Source of the DNA: Polyangiaceae bacterium
GTDB taxonomy: Bacteria > Myxococcota_A > Polyangia > Polyangiales > Polyangiaceae
Assembly (NCBI GenBank): GCA_965222375.1
Contig: CBDCTZ010000011.1
Location: 384,001-448,000 of the forward strand
Length of the DNA stretch: 64,000 nt
Reading direction: 5' to 3'
The translations under genes were made by a program, and so were the position numbers. Below are positions 57,540-64,000 of this stretch, piece by piece. The number at the start of each line of letters is the position of its first letter. Within the stretch, counting starts at the first letter, position 1. Under the pieces are notes generated by a model. That model did no database searches. It saw only the letters and a program-made list of their open reading frames with translations, and was not told where the DNA came from.

Positions 57540-57946
57540 GCTGACAGGAGGTAGCAATTCACGAGCCACCCCATGAACTGCTCAGAATGTCCACGGCTTC
57601 CGCGCAACCCCTTCGTACCCGCGCAGCTGTGGCGCGCATCGTGCGCAGGCCAGCGCGGTGGTTTTCCAAGCTTGCAGAAGCTTGGATTCCACATCCGCCG
57701 AGCTCACACGCGCTTGGCCACGCACTCCGCCACTCGGCAACACCTCCGACCTCAGGTTGGCAGCTCCGCCCGCCCGTGAGCGACAGCTCAGCGCTTTGAC
57801 TGACGCGGGCGGGTCAGCGTCGCCCCCAACACTGGTTTCAGGCGCACTCGGGGGCGAGAATAGTGGAAGAGGCTGCAACAGCACTCGACCCCAACCAACC
57901 CAGCCCATGACGCGGCCAGACGGTTTCCACCGCGCGCTTCGGCGAA

Positions 57947-58831
57947 TTACTCACTGTCCGCTTCTGGTAGTACGCGGGTCACCACGACGGTGACGTTGTC
58001 GGTCGCGCCGCCCTCGAGGGTGCTTGCAATCAGCCGGTCGCAGGCAGACTCGGAGGTTTCTGCGGTCTTCAAGATCGTGGTGATGTCTTCCTCGGTGAGA
58101 TGCTTGGTCAAACCGTCGGTGCAGAGCAGGACGACGTCGCCTTCTTCCAGGGGCTGTTTTTGCATCTCGGGGACCATTTCATCCTCGCTCGTGCCAAGGG
58201 CGTTCCACAGTATGTGGTGCAAGGGAGAAGATGCCTCCAGAGCTGGGAAGCCCTGGGCTTTCATTTGTTCGGCAACCGTATGGTCAGTGGTCAGGCAATT
58301 CAGGATGCCGTGGCGCAGCACATAGCATCGGCTGTCGCCGGCATGCGCGACATACATGCGGGGCCACAGGATGTACGCCAGGGTGAGGGTAGTGCCCATG
58401 TTCGGAGAGGCGCCGGGCATGTCAGCTGCCTGGCGGACTTCCGAGTTGCCCGTGACTAGCGCGGTAGAAAGCTGGTCACGAACGCCGGGCAGAGTTGCGC
58501 GCGGCGAGGGCTCGAGTTCCTGGGCATGGCGCGAGGCCCAAGGCATCACGCTGCACACGTAGTCGGTGATGGATCGTACGGCGACACGGCTCGCGACGTG
58601 ACCGCCGCCTTGTCCGCCCATGCCGTCTGCCACCACCATCATGGTTCCTGCGGAACCCGCAGTGAGCCATTCCAGGTCTGTAGACGGCAGGCTGGAGTGC
58701 ATCACGCTCATGCGTCGGTCCAGCGCAGCGATCAAAAAAGCGTCTTCATTGGCTTTTCGCACCAGGCCGCGGTCCGTCCGACCAGCGACGTCCAAGCGGG
58801 GCTTGGTCGCCTGGGCAGTGTCCGGGGGCAT
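57947..58831 (-). CDS. PP2C/PrpC-type Ser/Thr phosphatase
   Basis: TDRGLVRKANED, VADGMGG, MGTT, HAGDSRCY, LCTDGL, DNVT. Confidence 0.93.
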   Translation of the reverse strand: MPPDTAQATKPRLDVAGRTDRGLVRKANEDAFLIAALDRRMSVMHSSLPSTDLEWLTAGSAGTMMVVADGMGGQGGGHVASRVAVRSITDYVCSVMPWASRHAQELEPSPRATLPGVRDQLSTALVTGNSEVRQAADMPGASPNMGTTLTLAYILWPRMYVAHAGDSRCYVLRHGILNCLTTDHTVAEQMKAQGFPALEASSPLHHILWNALGTSEDEMVPEMQKQPLEEGDVVLLCTDGLTKHLTEEDITTILKTAETSESACDRLIASTLEGGATDNVTVVVTRVLPEADSE

Positions 58832-59052
58832 GGTGGGAGCGTCGACGGGTGCCACGGGTTTTTCCAGACGATACCAGACGTGGGTCCCGGTTTGTGGTGT
58901 GTGGTCGCCGGGGTGGGCTGCGTCCGGCCGCGTGGCCGCTTTCAGCGCCGGGGCTTCGCACATTGCCTTACAAACTGCGACCAAAGTGAAGCCCTGGCGC
59001 AGATGGCCGGGCGCATCGCCCCCGCCGCGGGCTAGAGTGAAGATTGCTCCCA

Positions 59053-60174
59053 ATGCGCGTGACCGCCCGTCCCAAAGACAGGCTCGGTCCTTACGAGCTT
59101 GTGCGCCGCCTCGGCTCTGGCGGCATGGCCGAGGTCCATGAAGCCGTGTTGGAGGGCGCGCACGGTTTCGAGAAGCGGGTTGCGATCAAAGTCATGCTGC
59201 CGCATTTGGCTGAAGACCCTCGCTTGGTTGCAATGTTCTGCGACGAGGCCCGCGTGCATGCCAGCCTCTGCCACCCCAACCTGGTGCAGGTGTTGGACTT
59301 TGGTGAGTACGAAGGTCGGCTCTACCTGGTGCTGGAACTCGTCGACGGACCCTCAGTCCAGGAACTGTGTTTTCGAGCCTCTTGTCGGCGGCGGCCGGTC
59401 GAGTTGGAGCCTGCGCTGTATATCACCCAAGAGATACTGTGCGCGCTGGAGCATGCGCATTCGGCGTGCGACGAGTTCTCACGGCCGCTACATTTGGTTC
59501 ACCGTGATGTATCGCCCAGCAACATCTTGATGGGTACGGCGGGACAGGTAAAGCTCGGAGATTTCGGGATCGCGCGCACGGCAGAAATCGACGCTCGCAC
59601 TGCACCTGGCGAGATCAAAGGCAAGATCGGCTACGTATCCCCAGAGCAGGCTCTGGGGATCGCTTTGGACGAGCGGAGCGATCTTTTTTCCGTAGCGATC
59701 GTACTTTCCGAGATGCTCATTGGCGCCCCATTGTTTGAAGCAGACAACGACCTTCGAACTCTGGAACAGCTGCATTCTGGCGATCTCAGTCGGCTCTACG
59801 CGGCCGCAGACCGTGTGCCCGAAGACGTCATGTTGTTCCTGCAGCGAGCCTTGAAAACGCATCCCTCCCAGCGCTTCGAGTCTGCGTCCCACATGCTGTG
59901 GGCTGTCCGCGAACTCGCGCGTCGTCACCGTAAGCACATGACTGCGTATAGCTTCGCGATGTGGCTCAGCGATCTCGGCTTGGTCCCGGCAAGGAGCGAC
60001 GTTTTCGCCAAGCCTGCGCCCAGCATCGAGGACGCTTTGCGAGCTGCCGCCTGGGACGACGCCGACTCGGAGGCCACTACCCTCGTGGCTGATGCCGAGT
60101 CGGCGCTGCCTGGGGGGCCACCCGAGCTGCATCACGCGGTGGTCAGCAGCGGGCGACGGCGCCGAGATTCATAG
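59053..60174 (+). CDS. Ser/Thr protein kinase
   Basis: LGSGGMAEV, VAIK, HRDVSPSN, DFGIA, KGKIGYVSPEQ. Confidence 0.93.
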   Translation: MRVTARPKDRLGPYELVRRLGSGGMAEVHEAVLEGAHGFEKRVAIKVMLPHLAEDPRLVAMFCDEARVHASLCHPNLVQVLDFGEYEGRLYLVLELVDGPSVQELCFRASCRRRPVELEPALYITQEILCALEHAHSACDEFSRPLHLVHRDVSPSNILMGTAGQVKLGDFGIARTAEIDARTAPGEIKGKIGYVSPEQALGIALDERSDLFSVAIVLSEMLIGAPLFEADNDLRTLEQLHSGDLSRLYAAADRVPEDVMLFLQRALKTHPSQRFESASHMLWAVRELARRHRKHMTAYSFAMWLSDLGLVPARSDVFAKPAPSIEDALRAAAWDDADSEATTLVADAESALPGGPPELHHAVVSSGRRRRDS

Positions 60175-60615
60175 CGCGTGGCGGAGCAAAAGTTGCCCCT
60201 GGGCAGCTACGCCCAAACGCAGCTCTGCGTCGTGATGCTGCTCTGTGGTCAGGGCCTGGCGACTGAGCGCAGTGCCTGCGGCATGGGTTTCGCTGTCGTG
60301 GGTGGGTTGAGCGGTGGCCTGCATGCGCAAGTTGCCACCCAGTTTCAGCTCGCGGGTGACGTTGAGCTCAGCGCCGATTCCCAGGAAGGCGATCCCGAAC
60401 ACGCGCGCGTTCTGGGCGCCGCCGACGCGAACGTGGGTCCACTCGGCGACACCTCCGCGTGGAGCCATCGCAAGCGGCGTGCCGCCGTGAAACTGGGGCT
60501 TGCACCGGTCCGAGAGCGCGAAGTGGAAACGCTGCTCCACGTCGGCGAGAGGACGACAATTCACGAATGAATGTGCCGGGCCTTCGCAGCAACACAGGGC
60601 TTCGCGATCGCCTGT

Positions 60616-61485
60616 CTAGCGACGAAGGCGCGCGTCAATTTCGTTCGCACCCGGACGGTGCTCGGGACTCGTGCGCATCAGATCGACGCACAGCTGATCC
60701 AGATCTTCGGGCACACCCGCCACGAATAGGCCGGGGGAGGGAGCACCGACGCTGCGCTTTCGCACGAAGATCTCCCCCGCAGTGCCGGCAAAGGGCAAGG
60801 CACCAGTCAGGACTTCGAACAGCGTGACGCCCAAGGCGTACCAGTCTGTGGCAGGGGTGATGTTCTGAGCACGCCACTGCTCTGGTGCCATGTAGGCTGC
60901 GGTACCGACCGGGCTTGCCTGGGCGTCGGCCCGTCCCGTCCGTCGCGCCAAGCCCAGGTCCAACACCACGGCGCGACCCTCCTCTACTCGAACGTTGTCG
61001 GGCCGAACATCACAGTGAACCCACCCCAGCTCGTGCATTTTCGCCAGGCCCTGGCTGACATGCAGCATGGCCTCTCGGGCACGCGTGAAACCGATGTCAT
61101 CGCAGCTTCGGAACTCACTTTCATTTCGCTCGTTGACCTCGCTGCCGAGAAGCAACAGGGTCGAGCTGCCCTGGGTGGGCCGGTGGGTTGGCGGCTCCGC
61201 GTGCTCTCGAACGTAGGACAGCAGGTCAGGCCCCTGCACCAGCGGCATGATGCAGTACGGTGGCCTTTCGTCGGGAAAGACATCGAGGACTTGCACGAGA
61301 TTGGGGTGAGCCACGCGGCTGAATTCTTCCAGCGCCTCGGCCCACTGCGGGGCGTGCTGTTGTCCATCCAGCAGCTTGAGCGCGACCCCTCGTGCGGTCT
61401 GGGGCTCGACGGCCTCGAAAACGCTTCCGGATGCGCCCCTTGCCAACAAGCGCAGGATTTCGTACTCGCCGATCTTGCGGTTCAT
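60616..61485 (-). CDS. Ser/Thr protein kinase (divergent)
   Basis: RGASGSV, VALK, HCDVRPDN, DLGLA, GTAAYMAPEQ. Confidence 0.88.
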   Translation of the reverse strand: MNRKIGEYEILRLLARGASGSVFEAVEPQTARGVALKLLDGQQHAPQWAEALEEFSRVAHPNLVQVLDVFPDERPPYCIMPLVQGPDLLSYVREHAEPPTHRPTQGSSTLLLLGSEVNERNESEFRSCDDIGFTRAREAMLHVSQGLAKMHELGWVHCDVRPDNVRVEEGRAVVLDLGLARRTGRADAQASPVGTAAYMAPEQWRAQNITPATDWYALGVTLFEVLTGALPFAGTAGEIFVRKRSVGAPSPGLFVAGVPEDLDQLCVDLMRTSPEHRPGANEIDARLRR

Positions 61486-61528
61486 GGCCTGCTACCCAAC
61501 GCCGCGGGGCCCAGCAGCGCGGTGGCGG

Positions 61529-62848
61529 TCATGGGTTGGTCTGAAAATCGTAAATGGATCCGATGCCCAGCAGCTCGGTTAGCTCGTCCAGGGCACCGCA
61601 GCTTTCTTCCCACAGCTTGGGATCGCGCAGGTCCTCGAGCCGCAGGGTTGGACGGTAGTGCTTGTTCACCCATTCTTCCAAGCGTGACACTCGCCCCTCG
61701 TTCATGACCACGCCCGCGGGCAACGTTCGGGCCTCCTCCTGGGTCAGACGCACGCGCAAGCGCAGGCAGGCGGGGCCGCCTCCGTTCTTCATGGACTCGT
61801 TGACTTTGACCCAATGAATCGCGCTGATGTGTTGGCTGGTCTCGACCACGCGCTCGAGGAAGCTGCGAGCCGCGGGCTGCTGTTGGGCTTCTGCCGGGGC
61901 CACTATGCCCAAAGAGCCATCCTCGGTGGTCACCAGCTGGGAGTTGAAGGGATAGGAAAGAACAGCCTTGGCGACGGGCAGTTCGCTGTCCGTGGCGACG
62001 ATCACCTCGAACTCGTCCCCCAATTCTGCGCGGAGTTGCCGCTGTAGGTCATCAGGATCGACAAAGGCATGCTCGTGCATCAACAGCACGCGCTCATGTC
62101 CGACAGCAAGAACGTCCGAGTGGAAAGAGCCTGCATCGATGCCCACCGGGCTCTGCTGGCGAAAGAGTACTTTCGCGCCTCGAATTGACGCGCGGCGTGC
62201 AACCGCTTCGGACGCCTCCAAGGCCTGACGCGCTCGGTGAACCGACGGGGCCGTTATGGTCATTGCTTCGCTGCGGCCCCACCCGAATAGATGCAAGCTT
62301 GCGGAACTGGTGAACAGACGAGTGTGGTTTGCTGCGCCTTCGTCCGTGAAGTGAGGAACACAAGGCAGCGGATCGTGGACTTTGAAGTGGCTGGTGTCAG
62401 CAAAGATCCCGCGCAAGATCCGTGTCGTGACCTGCGCCTCTATGGCGCGGTGAGTTTGTGCTGCCAAGTTGGCGACGAGCAGTTGAACGCGTCCGTCCTG
62501 GGCATCGCTGGAGGGCACGACCGTCGCCGCGTTAGCCGCCCACATTGAAGAGGCGCTGCTATAGGCTGCGAGCAGTCCCGCGGCATCTGCGGCCGCAAGC
62601 ACATCGGAATCCGGGCCCGTGAAACCGAGGGCGCGCAGCTGCGGAAGCGCAGGGCGCGGCTGCGGCGGTAGGACTGCCTGGGGGACTCCCAAGCGCATCA
62701 ACGTGCGCATTTTTGCGAGGCCCTCGAGGGCTGCGGAGCGGGGGTTGCCTAGGTCGCCCGCATGGCGTTGCGCGGCCAGATTGCCCTGCGCCAGGCCGGC
62801 GAAGTTGTGGGTGGGGCCCACGATTCCATCGAAGTTGAACTCAGGCAT
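61529..62848 (-). CDS. astB: N-succinylarginine dihydrolase
   Basis: EFNFDGIVGPTHNFAGL, SASSMWAANAAT, DEGAANH, SMKNGGGPACLRLRV, GSIYDFQ. Confidence 0.95.
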   Translation of the reverse strand: MPEFNFDGIVGPTHNFAGLAQGNLAAQRHAGDLGNPRSAALEGLAKMRTLMRLGVPQAVLPPQPRPALPQLRALGFTGPDSDVLAAADAAGLLAAYSSASSMWAANAATVVPSSDAQDGRVQLLVANLAAQTHRAIEAQVTTRILRGIFADTSHFKVHDPLPCVPHFTDEGAANHTRLFTSSASLHLFGWGRSEAMTITAPSVHRARQALEASEAVARRASIRGAKVLFRQQSPVGIDAGSFHSDVLAVGHERVLLMHEHAFVDPDDLQRQLRAELGDEFEVIVATDSELPVAKAVLSYPFNSQLVTTEDGSLGIVAPAEAQQQPAARSFLERVVETSQHISAIHWVKVNESMKNGGGPACLRLRVRLTQEEARTLPAGVVMNEGRVSRLEEWVNKHYRPTLRLEDLRDPKLWEESCGALDELTELLGIGSIYDFQTNP

Positions 62849-63163
62849 GGCGCGCCGCGCCGCCAGTCTACTCTCTCCCAGGAAAACCGCCGAACCCTCA
62901 GTTGGTTCGCCACTTTGCAAGGGAGACGACCGAAAGCAGGCCCGCGCATACCAACACGAGGGCCACGCGCGCTGTCCACGCGGCTTGAGAGGGGGCCCCC
63001 GGGCCGCCGAGGCCCGCGACCAAGCTAGCGCCCAAGGCGGCGGCTCCAAAGGCCAGAACCGGACCGCGCACGGCGGCCATATTTCTGCGCAGCATGTTGA
63101 TGGCCGTCTAACTCGGACCAGCGATGTCGGCAAAATAACCGAGCCCGGCTGGGTGGAGGCCGC

Positions 63164-63805
63164 TCATCCGTCTTCGCGGGTGGCTTCACGTAGCAGCGTC
63201 GCAGCGCGACCGCTCAAGGTCGTCGAAAGCGTTTGCGCCTCGGCACGTGCCGCGTCGCTCATCTTTTCCCAGGTCGTGCGTACGATGTGCAGCACCTTTT
63301 CGTCCGGATGCGCATCAATGAACTTCGTGAAGTCGTGCTCCAGGAAGCTCAAGCACAGCGCGTCCTCCATGGTCTGAACGTCCGGATCCAGGTTCATCCC
63401 CTGTTTGAGTATGATGCGCCGCACCTTGGAAATGACCTGCGTATCGTAGCCGACCCGCTTGAGTACCTGCTCTGCTTCGGCAGCGTGAAATCGGGCCGCT
63501 GCTTTGCGCCACTGAAGATACCCGGCGCGGCCATCAGGGAAGTCGCTGCGCGGGAAGCGGAAGCGCATCAGGTGCTGGCAGCGCGCTGCCAGCCGAAGAG
63601 GCTCAGACGCCTCAGGAGAGAGCCGCTCGACCCACCCCGCCACATGGTCCGCGTGAACCAGGGATCGGGCTCGCGGCTCGCCGTCGATCTTGACCGTTGT
63701 GGGATCTTCCCCGTTGAGCCGGTCGAACTCGGCCACGGCACGGTCGAAGAGGGTGCTCACGCATCTTGATGTAGCAGGCTCCGGGCGATGGGGTGGCAAA
63801 GACAT
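63164..63805 (-). CDS. DUF4202 domain protein
   Basis: N.EDP, SEPLRLAARCQH, GYLQWR, QTMEDALCLSFL, TWEKMS. Confidence 0.85.
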   Translation of the reverse strand: MSLPPHRPEPATSRCVSTLFDRAVAEFDRLNGEDPTTVKIDGEPRARSLVHADHVAGWVERLSPEASEPLRLAARCQHLMRFRFPRSDFPDGRAGYLQWRKAAARFHAAEAEQVLKRVGYDTQVISKVRRIILKQGMNLDPDVQTMEDALCLSFLEHDFTKFIDAHPDEKVLHIVRTTWEKMSDAARAEAQTLSTTLSGRAATLLREATREDG

Positions 63806-63845
63806 GCACCTAGCCCTGTGAAATCAGGGGCATTTTTAAAATTAA

Positions 63846-63883
63846 CTGTACGCAATATCAGTACATACTATACGTATCATCAG
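63846..63883. promoter_or_regulatory. Two tandem LexA/SOS-box-like sites
   Basis: CTGTACGCAATATCAG (63846-63861) and CTATACGTATCATCAG (63868-63883), both CTR-N10-CAG, immediately before recN. Confidence 0.65.
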
Positions 63884-63884
63884 C

Positions 63885-64000
63885 ATGTTGACGTATCTAC
63901 GAATCCGCGGCCTCGGCTTGCTCTCGGACGTCGCCATGGAGCTTGGGCCCGGTTTGACCGTCCTGACCGGGGAGACGGGTGCGGGCAAGTCCATCATTGC
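63885..64000 (+). CDS. recN: DNA repair protein RecN (5' part)
   Basis: MLTYLRIRGL...GLTVLTGETGAGKSII Walker A region. Confidence 0.88.
   Translation, partial: MLTYLRIRGLGLLSDVAMELGPGLTVLTGETGAGKSII

Noticed and set aside
60169..60570. Overlapping 130-aa ORFs on both strands
   Set aside because: No recognisable motif or start signals; the minus frame may be an outer-membrane gene remnant but I cannot support this

Overview
GC-rich bacterial chromosomal window that most resembles a myxobacterium (Polyangiaceae/Sorangiineae-like), judging by Gly-linker and Cys-rich lipoproteins, several eukaryote-like Ser/Thr kinases and sigma-54 promoters; the taxonomy is an inference. Recognisable housekeeping genes are thiC with a TPP riboswitch, corA, hslO, yacG (missing from the ORF track), glyS, ppdK, hemL, glyA, astB and the start of recN with tandem SOS-like boxes. 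Three things stand out. (1) An atypical 73-nt tRNA-like gene (345-417, minus) with an initiator-tRNA-like body but an aberrant anticodon loop and D-arm. It follows a sigma70-like promoter and precedes a structured spacer and a small unknown gene. (2) A perfect intergenic tandem array of a 119-bp multi-hairpin unit (about 9.5 copies, 22318-23445), with a diverged monomer at 47206-47328 that shows compensatory base changes; both start on the upstream gene's TAG. (3) A (His-Gly-Ser)15-Trp peptide of His-Xaa-Ser precursor type with no radical SAM partner in the window, just upstream of a di-heme cytochrome c peroxidase/MauG-family gene. Several damaged genes are also visible. Family calls come from motif recognition by eye, not database searches.
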